From: an uncultured Myxococcales bacterium
GTDB lineage: Bacteria > Myxococcota_A > Polyangia > Fen-1088
Assembly: GCA_964647025.1 (NCBI GenBank)
Contig: CAZYFU010000003.1
Span: 32,580-96,579 of the forward strand
DNA: 64,000 bases
Reading direction: 5' to 3'
Part shown: positions 41,098-50,604 of the stretch, in pieces
Layout of the letters: each line of letters starts with the position of its first letter
Numbering within the stretch: the stretch's first letter is position 1
Notes under the pieces: generated by a model
The model's database searches: none
Seen by the model: only the letters and a program-made list of their open reading frames with translations
Told to the model about the DNA's origin: nothing
Made by a program: the position numbers and the translations under genes

Positions 41098-42137
41098 ACG
41101 TCAAGGCCATCCGTGGCGGTCTCTCGATGTTGCCGCTACTGGCCTGCTGGGCCGGCTGCGCCGACGACACCTTCGCCCTCGTGTCCGTGTCGACCAGCTC
41201 GGGCAGTCTGAACGACATCGCGCAGCTGCGCGTGTACGTGACCAACGCCACGTCCGAGGACGTCCTCGAGTACCCGACCAAGGTATCCTCGCCACTGCGC
41301 CTCGACGAGGGCCGGCCCGTCACCTTTTCCGTGGAGTTCGAGGATTGGTCGGGACCGGCGGTGTTCGAGGTCGAGCCTCTTGCAAAGGACCGAACCGTTC
41401 TGGCCTACGGACGGGCGCGCGTCTTCGTCGAGCGGCACGCGGTCAGCCGGGTGGCCGTGTCCGTGTATCCAGGGACCACGCGCCCCGAGCATCGGCAGGG
41501 TGGCGTGCTGAGCGACGGGGAGCTCGCCTGCGCGCCCCATGCGCCAGCAGACGCCTGCGGTACCGACGGACGCACATGCGGTCTCCTGTGCTCGGTGGAT
41601 GGCAGCAGCCCGGCGGTCAGCATGTGCTACGTCGCGGGTGCAGGCGCCCCGGGCGACGCATGTACGAGCAATCGCGACTGCGCGCCGGGCTCGCAATGCT
41701 TCACGCTGAGCTCCGCGGGCTGCAGCATCATGACGTGCCTCGAGTTCTGCAGCGACGACGACGAGTGCGGTGACAGCAACGCCTTCTGCAACCTGCCCGT
41801 CCCCTGCGGCGACCGGACCTTCTTCGCGTGCTCGCGGCCCTGCGACCCGACGGTGACGAAAGACAATGGCTGCGCAACCGGGCTCGGCTGCTTCGTCTAC
41901 TCGGGCGACACCACCGATTGCGCGTGCCCAGGGCCGGGCTTGACGGGCGAGACCTGCACCCAGAACGATGGCTGTGCGGCCGGGCTCAGCTGTGTCATCC
42001 CGTCCGGCATCAGCGCGGGTTCCAGCACCGGCGTCTGTCGCCCGATGTGCAAGCTGGAGGTACCAGCCTGCCCATCGGGGATGGCCTGTCACGCGTTCGA
42101 GGGCTCGTCGCGCGGACTTTTCGGCTTCTGTCAGTAG
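41094..42137 (+). CDS. Cys-rich secreted lipoprotein (myxobacterial-type Cys-rich repeats)
   Basis: Lipobox LLACWAGC. C-terminal half has about 30 Cys in repeated C-x-G/C-xx-G-x-C patterns. Confidence 0.6.
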   Translation: MNVKAIRGGLSMLPLLACWAGCADDTFALVSVSTSSGSLNDIAQLRVYVTNATSEDVLEYPTKVSSPLRLDEGRPVTFSVEFEDWSGPAVFEVEPLAKDRTVLAYGRARVFVERHAVSRVAVSVYPGTTRPEHRQGGVLSDGELACAPHAPADACGTDGRTCGLLCSVDGSSPAVSMCYVAGAGAPGDACTSNRDCAPGSQCFTLSSAGCSIMTCLEFCSDDDECGDSNAFCNLPVPCGDRTFFACSRPCDPTVTKDNGCATGLGCFVYSGDTTDCACPGPGLTGETCTQNDGCAAGLSCVIPSGISAGSSTGVCRPMCKLEVPACPSGMACHAFEGSSRGLFGFCQ

Positions 42138-42140
42138 CCG

Positions 42141-44471
42141 CTACTCGCCGCTGGCCGCATAGAACGCCTCGCTCGGCTTGGCCGGCGAGCCCCATGCGCG
42201 CTTCTTCCACTGGTTCTCGAAGCCGACCTGAATCGCGAAGACGTTGCGCATCTGTCGCAGGGCGATGGGCCGCTTGCTGACCACGTCGTTGTGCTCACGC
42301 GGGTCCTCGATCTGGTCGAACAGCTCGATCCGGCCCACACCCGAATGGATCATCCGGTAGCGCCCCGACTTCATGCCGCGGGACATGGTCCCATTCTGGG
42401 TCAAGCTGGCCGCCGGCGAATGCGCGATCTCGTCGAGGGCCACCGGAAGGACCGAGTAGCCCTGCATCGACTCGGGCACGGGGAGGCCGGCCAAGTCGAG
42501 CACGGTCGGCGCCAAGTCCATGGCCTCCACATCGGTGTCGACCACACGTCCGGTCGGCAACAGCCCGGGCGCGCGAACGATGAACGGGACATGGACCAGC
42601 TCCTGGTGCGGCGCCTGCGCGTGCCCGACGTCGCCGTGGTCCCAGAACTCGTCGCCGTGGTCGGAGATCACGATGATCGCCGACGTGTCGTAAAGACCGG
42701 CGGCCTTGAGATCCTGCAAGAACACGCCGAACGCCGCATCCGACTGCGTGATCTCCGCGTTGTGGAGCGCTTCCAAATACGCCTTGTCCGTGTCGTTCAC
42801 CTTCAAGGTGCCCTGCTTGATCTTGCCGAGCTGGATTCCCGTGAGGACCGGCTTGATCGGGCCGTTGTAGGGTTTGTCCCAGTACTTCTGCAGAAACTCC
42901 TTCTTCGGGTTGTAGATGACGTGCGGCTCGATCACTGCGAGGTACACGAACTGCGGCTTGGCCTTGCCCGGGATGATCCACTTCTTGGCCGTTGCCCACA
43001 GGTTGTCCGCGCCGTTGGGCAGGTTCTCTCGGATGAAATTGACGTTCTCGTCGAAGCCGCGGCCGAAGCCCCACTTGGACGACACGTAGCCATTCGACGA
43101 GAAGAGCGCGGTGCGGAAGCCGCCCTTCTTGAGCAGCTCGGGGGCGATGGGGATCTGGGTGTTGATCTTGGACTCGTGCTCGGTCGCCTTGTGCACGCTC
43201 GGATACACGCCGGTGAGCATCGACGCCTGCGAAGGCAGCGACCACGTCCCAGGAACCTGCGCCCACGCGAACCGGGTGGCGTCCTTGGCGAAGGCGTCGT
43301 AGTTCGGGGTCATCACGTTCGTCTTGGGGTTGTAGGCGCGGACCTTGTCGGCGCGCAGGGTGTCGCACATCCACACGTAGATGTGCTCGAACTTGGTCTT
43401 GGCGGCCGGCGACGGGGCGGCCCCGGGAACGGCCAAGCGCGGCTCGCCCCAGACCACGCCCCCGCCCCGCGAGACGAGGTCGATGCGCACGGCCTGTCCC
43501 GCGAAGGCGGACAGATCCCAACTGGAATCGGAGTACTTCTCGGACGCCGCACCTTGAAACAAGACCGTGGGCGTCGCACCATCGCGCGCCACGCGAACGA
43601 TCGCGGTCACGCCCGGCTGGGTGGCCGCGAACGAGAGCGCGAGCTTCGCCTTGGCCGGAATCTGCAGGTAGTAGGACAAACGCGACGCCTCGGGGAGCGA
43701 CAACGCCAGCTTCTTCTGCCCGGCGATCTCCCGCGCGACTGGGCGCAGTGCGGGACGAGCGTCGGGCACACCGGCTCCGGCTCGCCTCGGGGCCCCGATC
43801 TCGATGCTCTCGATGGCGGCGGCCGCGCGCTTGCCGCCAGCAATGGCCGCCGCGTTGCGGAACGTCAGTCGAACGCGATTCTCACCGAGCGACAGCGCCG
43901 AGGCCGGCAGCGTGACGTCGTACGCAGCGCGCTCCTTGCTCACGTCGATGGTGGTAACGGGCTTCTCGTTGGCGAACACCGACAGCTTCTGGTTCGGCGC
44001 CACGCCACGCATGGTGAGCGTCATCTGCAAGTCGGAGAGCGCCTGTCCGGCCGCGCCGTCGCCGTCGACGTCGATGGGGAAAGAGAATCCCGCGGACACG
44101 CCGGACACGTACGCGACCCGGGCCGCCCCATCCTTCTGGCCGAGGATCCAGGATCCCTTCCAGCCTCCATCGACGAACTTGTAGAAGTCGAGGCCACCCG
44201 CGGAGAGGACCATGCGGCCGCCGAGGTGCATGATTGCGTGAACGCGGTTGGCCAGAAGATCGATCGCGGCGCGATGGCCCGCGAGGTCGGCCTTGCCGGG
44301 CGAGGCAGGCGCCGCCTGGGCCGTCGAGAGGACACCGCTGGACGAGGACGTCGTCTCGGCCGGCTTGCCCGCGGATTTGCCACAACCCATAAGGGACGCG
44401 AAGCCGAGGGTGACGACGCCGAAGGTGAGAGAGAACTGGGTTCGAGAACGCAAAAATCTGGTGAGCTGCAC
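42141..44471 (-). CDS. Lipoprotein with C-terminal sulfatase-family (alkaline phosphatase superfamily) domain
   Basis: Lipobox LMGC. The C-terminal domain has the sulfatase-like fold (HIYVWMCDTLRAD ... SDHGDEFWDHGDVGH). There is no canonical CxPxR formylglycine motif. Confidence 0.65.
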   Translation of the reverse strand: MQLTRFLRSRTQFSLTFGVVTLGFASLMGCGKSAGKPAETTSSSSGVLSTAQAAPASPGKADLAGHRAAIDLLANRVHAIMHLGGRMVLSAGGLDFYKFVDGGWKGSWILGQKDGAARVAYVSGVSAGFSFPIDVDGDGAAGQALSDLQMTLTMRGVAPNQKLSVFANEKPVTTIDVSKERAAYDVTLPASALSLGENRVRLTFRNAAAIAGGKRAAAAIESIEIGAPRRAGAGVPDARPALRPVAREIAGQKKLALSLPEASRLSYYLQIPAKAKLALSFAATQPGVTAIVRVARDGATPTVLFQGAASEKYSDSSWDLSAFAGQAVRIDLVSRGGGVVWGEPRLAVPGAAPSPAAKTKFEHIYVWMCDTLRADKVRAYNPKTNVMTPNYDAFAKDATRFAWAQVPGTWSLPSQASMLTGVYPSVHKATEHESKINTQIPIAPELLKKGGFRTALFSSNGYVSSKWGFGRGFDENVNFIRENLPNGADNLWATAKKWIIPGKAKPQFVYLAVIEPHVIYNPKKEFLQKYWDKPYNGPIKPVLTGIQLGKIKQGTLKVNDTDKAYLEALHNAEITQSDAAFGVFLQDLKAAGLYDTSAIIVISDHGDEFWDHGDVGHAQAPHQELVHVPFIVRAPGLLPTGRVVDTDVEAMDLAPTVLDLAGLPVPESMQGYSVLPVALDEIAHSPAASLTQNGTMSRGMKSGRYRMIHSGVGRIELFDQIEDPREHNDVVSKRPIALRQMRNVFAIQVGFENQWKKRAWGSPAKPSEAFYAASGE

Positions 44472-44587
44472 GGCCAGGGAGGTTTGCGCGGTCGGTGCTC
44501 ATCGGTCAAGAGCAATGGACCTCGGAACCCGTGACAATCCGAGAGGGCGAAGCGCGAACTTGCTTGTGCTACTCTGCGTTCGCTTCG

Positions 44588-46801
44588 ATGACAAACAAGC
44601 GTATTCGCGTTCATTTTCCTGTGGCGGCAGCCACCTTCGCCGGCCTCCTGGGCGCTGGGGTGGCCGACGCCCTCGCCGTCTCGATACGCGCCCCAGAGGG
44701 GCAGCTTGCACACCTCCTCGTGCTGGCCATCGGGCTCTATGGCACGGCCGGGCTCATCGCGGCGGCGGCCTTGGGTTGGGCCGTCGGGCAAGTTCTGGCC
44801 GCTATTCCCGGCGGCCCTTCGGCGTTGCGTGACGATCGCGGCCTGGACGCCCGCGTCTGCGGATACCTCCTGGCCGGGACGCTCAGCGGAGCTGCCCTGG
44901 CGCTGGGCACCGGCGTCAGTCACGCCTTGTTCGTGGCAAACATGAACAGCCACGCGCTGGCCACCATCGCGAGCGCAGGAATGGCCTTCGCTCTGCTGCT
45001 GCCGGCGACGGTGCTGTTCCTCGCCACCTGGCAGACCGCCGTGCGCCTCGTCGAGCGCTTCCTGCCCCGCCCCGCCAGGCTGGGCTGGACCGGCCAGGCG
45101 GTCCTCTCACTCGCGGGCCTCGCCGTGCTCTTGTTCGTGGCGGCGCTGTCTCGGGCCGATTGGCGCGTGCTGGACCTGGGACCGTTCGCGTCGATCGCCA
45201 TCGCGCTGGTCCTCGGCGTCGGCCACGCGTTGTTCTGGTACAGATCCGCAGCCGGTCAGCGCCTGCTTGCCAAGCTCCCCTCGCGGGTGCTTCGCCCTGC
45301 CTTCGCGGCCGTGGCAATCCTCGCCCTGGTCTTGGGCAGTGGCATCGGCGAGACTTCGTCCAGCTACACCGCCATCCAGGAGAACGGCCTCGGCATCAAG
45401 CTCGCCCTCAAGGTCGCGCGCAAGGTCACGGATCGCGATGGCGATGGGTACTCGGCTCGCTTCGGTGGGGGCGACTGCGACCCCAAGCGCGCCGACGTCT
45501 ACCCCGGCGCGGAAGACATCCCCGGCGACGGCGTGGACCAAAACTGTGAAGGTGGTGATGCGCCCGTGGTCGCGACCGCTTCGCCCGAGAGTCCCGAGGC
45601 CGACCTCCCCGTCGAGCCCGTGCCGGCCCGCGCCGGCGCCTTCTCCGGCAACATCCTCATCATCGCCCTCGATGCGACCCGCGCCGATCGGCTGGGCGTC
45701 GCTGGCTATGGCCGTCCCGAGGGGCGCTCGCTCACGCCGAACCTCGACGCGCTCGCGAAGAGGGGTGCCTACTTTCGCCGCGTCTGGGCCCAAGCCCCCA
45801 ACACCCCGCGTTCGTTTCCGTCGTTCGTGACCTCCCGGTATCCGTCGGAGATCGCGTGGCAGAAGCGCTCGCTCAACTACTCGCCGCTGCTCCCGTCCAA
45901 CCGCACCTTCTTCGAGCCACTGGCCGCCGCAGGTCTGCGTCCCATCGGGATCTTCTCGCACTTCTATTTCACGCCCGATCGGGGCATCTCCAAGGGATTC
46001 GCCGAGTGGTCCAACGACGGCGCGAAGAACATCGCTGACTCCAACAAAGATATCGCTTCGCCCCGCATCGTGCCCAAGGTCATCGACCGACTCAAGCGGG
46101 CCGCGAGCAATGGCGAGCGATTCGTGCTTTGGACGCACCTCTTCGAGCCGCACTCCAGCTACATGCCGCACCCCGAGTTCCCCACGACCCTGTCGGGGGT
46201 GCAGGGGCTCGAGGAGAAGTACGACTACGAGATCGCCTTCGCCGACCAGTGGATCGGGAAGATCCTGAAGACCCTAGAAGACACCAAGCTCGCCGAGAAC
46301 ACCGCGGTCGTCATGTTCGGCGATCACGGCGAGGCCTGGGGCGAGCACAAGGTGTACTTCCACGGGCAGAACCTCACCGAGGAACAGATTCGCGTGCCGC
46401 TCATCGTCGCGATCCCGGGGCAGGCCCCGGTGGTGTCCGACGAGGAGGTCGGTCTCTTGGACGTGGGGCCCACGCTGGTGGACTTGGTTGGCGTGGCCAA
46501 GCCGAGCAACCTGCACGGGCGCAGCCTCATGCCCATCATCCAGGGTGGGTCGCTACCGCCGCGTCCCGTGTTCGCGGAGCTTCTGCCGTCGACCGCGACG
46601 CCGGATCACGAGGTCATCATCGTCGATCGCGGTAAGAAGCTCGTGCACAAGGTCTCCGCGCGCCGCTTCGAGCTCTACGATCTCACGACCGATCCCAAGC
46701 AGCTGAAGAACGTCGCGGACAATCCCGCGTATCAGACGACGCTCGCCGAGCTGAAGGCTAAGCTACTCGCCTTCGAGGAGCATCGGCCAGCCGGGAAGTG
46801 A
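44588..46801 (+). CDS. Polytopic membrane protein with C-terminal sulfatase-family domain; paralog of the 42141..44471 gene
   Basis: About 9 N-terminal TMs, a DGDGYS ... GGDCD ... PGAEDIPGDGVDQNCEGGD Cys/Asp motif, then NILIIALDATRADRLG ... GDHGEAWGEHKVYFHG. Start taken at the ATG at 44588 (ORF-track start 44495). Confidence 0.65.
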   Translation: MTNKRIRVHFPVAAATFAGLLGAGVADALAVSIRAPEGQLAHLLVLAIGLYGTAGLIAAAALGWAVGQVLAAIPGGPSALRDDRGLDARVCGYLLAGTLSGAALALGTGVSHALFVANMNSHALATIASAGMAFALLLPATVLFLATWQTAVRLVERFLPRPARLGWTGQAVLSLAGLAVLLFVAALSRADWRVLDLGPFASIAIALVLGVGHALFWYRSAAGQRLLAKLPSRVLRPAFAAVAILALVLGSGIGETSSSYTAIQENGLGIKLALKVARKVTDRDGDGYSARFGGGDCDPKRADVYPGAEDIPGDGVDQNCEGGDAPVVATASPESPEADLPVEPVPARAGAFSGNILIIALDATRADRLGVAGYGRPEGRSLTPNLDALAKRGAYFRRVWAQAPNTPRSFPSFVTSRYPSEIAWQKRSLNYSPLLPSNRTFFEPLAAAGLRPIGIFSHFYFTPDRGISKGFAEWSNDGAKNIADSNKDIASPRIVPKVIDRLKRAASNGERFVLWTHLFEPHSSYMPHPEFPTTLSGVQGLEEKYDYEIAFADQWIGKILKTLEDTKLAENTAVVMFGDHGEAWGEHKVYFHGQNLTEEQIRVPLIVAIPGQAPVVSDEEVGLLDVGPTLVDLVGVAKPSNLHGRSLMPIIQGGSLPPRPVFAELLPSTATPDHEVIIVDRGKKLVHKVSARRFELYDLTTDPKQLKNVADNPAYQTTLAELKAKLLAFEEHRPAGK

Positions 46802-46820
46802 GGCCGCCCGTGACCGTCGG

Positions 46821-47159
46821 TCACGCCGCCGGCCGGACGATCTTCGCCGGCAGGCGGTTCATCAGGCCCTTCAGGTCCTGCCCCGGCGTGAAGACCACCG
46901 TGCACTGTGCGGGGATGGTCACCGGCGCACCCGTCGTGGGATTTCGCACGACGCGAGAGTTGCGGCGGCGTTTCGTGAATGTCCCGAAGCCCGGATAGGA
47001 CAAGCGCGGCGGGTTCGAAGAGCTGGCCTTGGCACGGATGAAGTAGTCCCCGACCTCCGTGAAGACGGCATCGATGATTTTTGCGTAGGCCTTCTTGGGC
47101 AGGTTACGGGGAAGGTCCTTACGGCTTGCAACCCTTGCGATAAGCTCGGCCTTGGTCAT
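46821..47159 (-). CDS. HU/IHF-family DNA-binding protein (112 aa, with a 9-aa loop insertion)
   Basis: GFGTFTKRRRNSRVVRNPTTGAPVTIPAQCTVVFTPGQDLK matches the HU/IHF beta-arm and RNP motif. Start taken at the internal ATG at 47159. Confidence 0.8.
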   Translation of the reverse strand: MTKAELIARVASRKDLPRNLPKKAYAKIIDAVFTEVGDYFIRAKASSSNPPRLSYPGFGTFTKRRRNSRVVRNPTTGAPVTIPAQCTVVFTPGQDLKGLMNRLPAKIVRPAA

Positions 47160-47387
47160 CGTGGTGCCTTTTTCAGCAGGGAAACAGCCGCAGAGAGTAG
47201 GTAACCCCACCCAGACTGTCAACCGCCAAACACCCGTATCCGACGGTGGTCCTCGATTATGCGGCCTCGGCGCCGCGGTATGGTTTTGGCGTCGGATATG
47301 CACGTGGCGGAACGGACGGCCAGAGATCGTGATAGGAGTGCCCAAAGGCCAATCCGGTCGATGAGCCGAACGTCGAGGAGCCCATTC

Positions 47388-49256
47388 ATGCAGTCCAAGC
47401 TTGCCGTGCGGACACTGTGTTTCCTCTTTGTTGCCTGGGGCTGTTCCGACCCGTCGGCGCAGCATGCCACGGTGCAAGAGGAAGTGCTGGCGGCCCTCAA
47501 CACTTCTGCCAAAGCCAACGTCATCGTGACCTTCGCAGACCCGGTTCCGTCCTGGACCGCGGACGATCTGGAGAACCACCGCGCTGCCATCGTCTCCTTT
47601 CGAGAAGCCCTGCTGGCCGCCGCAAGCGGGGGACTCGAGGCAGTGCGCGTGTTCAACCACGTCCCGGCAGTGGCGGGACGGCTGACCCGGGAAGGCCTCG
47701 ACCTGCTTTCGACCTATCCGGGCGTCGCTTTCATTCAGATGGATAGCGCAGGGCACGGCGCGCTCACGGGCGCCGTGCCCGCAATCGGCGCGGATGTGGC
47801 CAAGCGCGACTACCACGTAACCGGCAAGGGCGTGCGCGTCGCCGTGCTCGACACGGGCATCAACAGCGCGCACCCGGATCTCAAGAGCTCGGTCGCCCCC
47901 ATGCAGCACTGCTTCACCCACGGGGCCTGTTCGCCCGGCAACACCTCCGAGGGGAACAGCGCCGAAGACGACCACGGCCACGGCAGCCACGTCGCGGGCA
48001 TCGTCACCTCCGACGGCGCCGTGGCCGGCGTCGGCTTCGCACCCGACGCCGAGATCGTCGCCGTCAAGATCAACGACCGATCGAACGTGGGATACGCCTC
48101 GGACTGGGCCGCGGGTCTCGACTGGATCTTCACCAACCTCTCCACCTTGGGCGTGCGCGTAGTCAATGCCAGCGTCTCCACCAACCAGCTCTACGGCTCG
48201 GCGAGCGAGTGCGACCGAGGGGAGCCCGCGCTGGCCAAAGCGGTCAAGAACTTGACCGATGCGGGCGTCACCATCTTCGCCTCCGCCGGCAACAAGGGAT
48301 CGGCCACGCAGATCTCCGCGCCCGCCTGCAACACCGGCGTCGTCTCCGTGGGCGCGACCTACAAGTCGAACCAGGGGCGGCAGCCGGGCGCGGGGACCTA
48401 TTCCAGTCAGTGGGGCAGCGCCTTCGCGGACTGTGCCGATGCCACGACCTCGTTCGACAAGGTCGCCTGCTTCACCAACAGCGGCCCGCGTCTCGACATC
48501 GTGGCGCCCGGAGCCGTGCTCGTGTCCGACGTGCTCAAGTCAGGCACCGAAGGATACCGAGGCACCTCGCAGGCCAGCCCGGCTGCCGCCGGCGTCGCGG
48601 CGTTGCTCCTCGAGTGCGATCCCAAGCTGGGGCCCGGGGAGATCAAGGACATCCTGGTTCGCACCGGTGTCTCCGTGCCTGCTCCCACGAGCGGCGCGGA
48701 GTTCCCGTCGATACGCGCCGCGGATGCCGTCAAAGAGGCATGTGCCGGCGCGGTTGGGATCGATGCCGGCGCCGATGCGAGCACGGGCGATGCGAGCCCC
48801 GCCATCGATAGCGCCGCGGTCCACGACGCCGGTGACGATCGCCCCGGCCGCGACGTCGCCTCCGGAGTCGGCGGTGCGGGAGGCGCAGGCTCGGGAGGCA
48901 CGGCAAGCAGGCCCGGCAGCGGGGGCGCGGGGGGCGCAGGCACATCCTCCGCCGATGCCAGCGGTGCCGGTGCCCGCGGAGGAAGCGTCGGCGGACGTGG
49001 TGGCGCGACACGCGTCGGCGCCACGGGCCTCGGGGGTAGAAGCGTGAGCACCGCCGTGACCACGGAGCTCGCCACCACGGGTGGAGCACCCAGCGCGGGC
49101 AGCCGCGATCCCGGACGGACGAGTGCAAGTTCGACCTCCTCCGGCTGTGACTGCGCCATCGGACAGGCGTCCGAACGGGAGCGCCGAGCGGCGCTGGCGA
49201 CGTCCGCCGCGCTGGTTGGGCTGGGGCTGTACCGGAAGCTGCGCGCGCGGGCCTGA
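47388..49256 (+). CDS. Subtilisin-like serine protease (S8) lipoprotein with Gly-rich region and MYXO-CTERM-like sorting tail
   Basis: Lipobox VAWGC. Asp/His/Ser triad contexts VAVLDTGIN, HGHGSHVAGI, GTSQASPAAAGVAALL. C-terminus SSGCDCAIGQ ... AALVGLGLYRKLRARA. Confidence 0.85.
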   Translation: MQSKLAVRTLCFLFVAWGCSDPSAQHATVQEEVLAALNTSAKANVIVTFADPVPSWTADDLENHRAAIVSFREALLAAASGGLEAVRVFNHVPAVAGRLTREGLDLLSTYPGVAFIQMDSAGHGALTGAVPAIGADVAKRDYHVTGKGVRVAVLDTGINSAHPDLKSSVAPMQHCFTHGACSPGNTSEGNSAEDDHGHGSHVAGIVTSDGAVAGVGFAPDAEIVAVKINDRSNVGYASDWAAGLDWIFTNLSTLGVRVVNASVSTNQLYGSASECDRGEPALAKAVKNLTDAGVTIFASAGNKGSATQISAPACNTGVVSVGATYKSNQGRQPGAGTYSSQWGSAFADCADATTSFDKVACFTNSGPRLDIVAPGAVLVSDVLKSGTEGYRGTSQASPAAAGVAALLLECDPKLGPGEIKDILVRTGVSVPAPTSGAEFPSIRAADAVKEACAGAVGIDAGADASTGDASPAIDSAAVHDAGDDRPGRDVASGVGGAGGAGSGGTASRPGSGGAGGAGTSSADASGAGARGGSVGGRGGATRVGATGLGGRSVSTAVTTELATTGGAPSAGSRDPGRTSASSTSSGCDCAIGQASERERRAALATSAALVGLGLYRKLRARA

Positions 49257-49265
49257 AGGCGACGG

Positions 49266-50399
49266 CTAGATTCCCAGGCGCAGTCCGGCGGCCACGCTGG
49301 TGAGGGACGGGCTCGACGGTGTGTTGTTCACCTGCACGAACAGTCGGAGGACGTCGAAGATGCCGACCTGAACGCCCACGATCTCGCGGAACCTGGCCGT
49401 GCTGGGGCTGGCATGCTGCTTGACCATGATGGTGGCGGTCCCGAGGTCAGAGACAGTCGTGGAGCCGACCTTACCGGTCAGATTTCCGGACGTCATGTTG
49501 ATGTCGAGGTCGCTGCCGCCGCCCAGCTGGAAGTCCAATCCGAAACCACCATAGATGGTGACGAGCGAAAGCAGACGCAAGCTGGTGGTGATCTCCAAAG
49601 GAACCGTCCACGTGGTCTGCTGCAAAGAGAAGGTCAAGGTTCCCTGGTTCTGGATGGAGACCGAGCCCTGCGGCACCCCCAAGGAGTACGCCGGCAGGGT
49701 GAAGGTCGACTGCAGGTCCTTGCGCGCATTCAGGGTCATGCGTGAGTAGTCGGCGCCGCTGGTGATGGCGATGCCCCCCCAACGGACGAGGAAGCTCGTC
49801 GCCGACACCTTGCGCGAGGGCCCCAGCAGACGAATCTGCCCATGTACGCCCCAGTTGTCGTAGCTGCCGTCGAGCTGCCCGATGCTGGCGCTGCCCTTGA
49901 ACCAGTTGCCGAAGATCATGACGGGGTCGAGCCCGACGATCCCCAGGCCGAGGCCGCCCATGAGGGAGAAGTTGAGTCCACCACTGCTGAGCGGCATCGG
50001 ATCGGTGTACGAGCCCGACGGCTTGTTGTACGACTTGCTCGCGTTGGTCGCGAAGCTCAGGGTCGCGCCTACCTCGGCAAGCGTGGTCTCGGAAGCGTAG
50101 TCGACGCCCAGCCCTTTCGACGAGAAGGCCTGGGTGTTCTGGAAGTCTTTGAGGAAGGCACCGACATCGGCGACCTGGAAGATATTGCTTACCTGGCTGA
50201 GGATGTCGTTCGTGATCTGCTGTGGATCGCCAGCCCCAAGCGCCCCCGCGAACTGGCTCAAGCCGCTTCCGGGGTTGATGCAGACCTGGTTCGCCTCAGG
50301 TGACCCGACGCAGCTCGGCTGAGCATGGGCGGTCGAGGAGGCACCGGCGACCAAGGTGAAGAAGAGCATGACCAGTCGGGTGATGCGATATCGAGTCAT
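49266..50399 (-). CDS. Secreted Ser/Thr/Gly/Asn/Gln-rich beta-rich protein, hypothetical (porin-like composition)
   Basis: Signal peptide LVAGASSTAHAQ. Very low charged-residue content. Local GC looks lower than its surroundings. Confidence 0.5.
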   Translation of the reverse strand: MTRYRITRLVMLFFTLVAGASSTAHAQPSCVGSPEANQVCINPGSGLSQFAGALGAGDPQQITNDILSQVSNIFQVADVGAFLKDFQNTQAFSSKGLGVDYASETTLAEVGATLSFATNASKSYNKPSGSYTDPMPLSSGGLNFSLMGGLGLGIVGLDPVMIFGNWFKGSASIGQLDGSYDNWGVHGQIRLLGPSRKVSATSFLVRWGGIAITSGADYSRMTLNARKDLQSTFTLPAYSLGVPQGSVSIQNQGTLTFSLQQTTWTVPLEITTSLRLLSLVTIYGGFGLDFQLGGGSDLDINMTSGNLTGKVGSTTVSDLGTATIMVKQHASPSTARFREIVGVQVGIFDVLRLFVQVNNTPSSPSLTSVAAGLRLGI

Positions 50400-50604
50400 T
50401 GCCTGCCTATCGTAGCATCAACGACGGGACCGGTCTCAAGCCGCGTGAAGCGGCTGACGGCCCTCCCCTGGGCAAGGACGCCCTCCTGGTCGGTGGCGCC
50501 GTCGCGCTGTCGTCGCTCTTCCGTCGCTGAGCAGGCCGGATCGACGGCGTCTGCCCCGAGGCCGCGTTCGCGCGACGGGCCGACACCCGTGATACGATTT
50601 CGCC

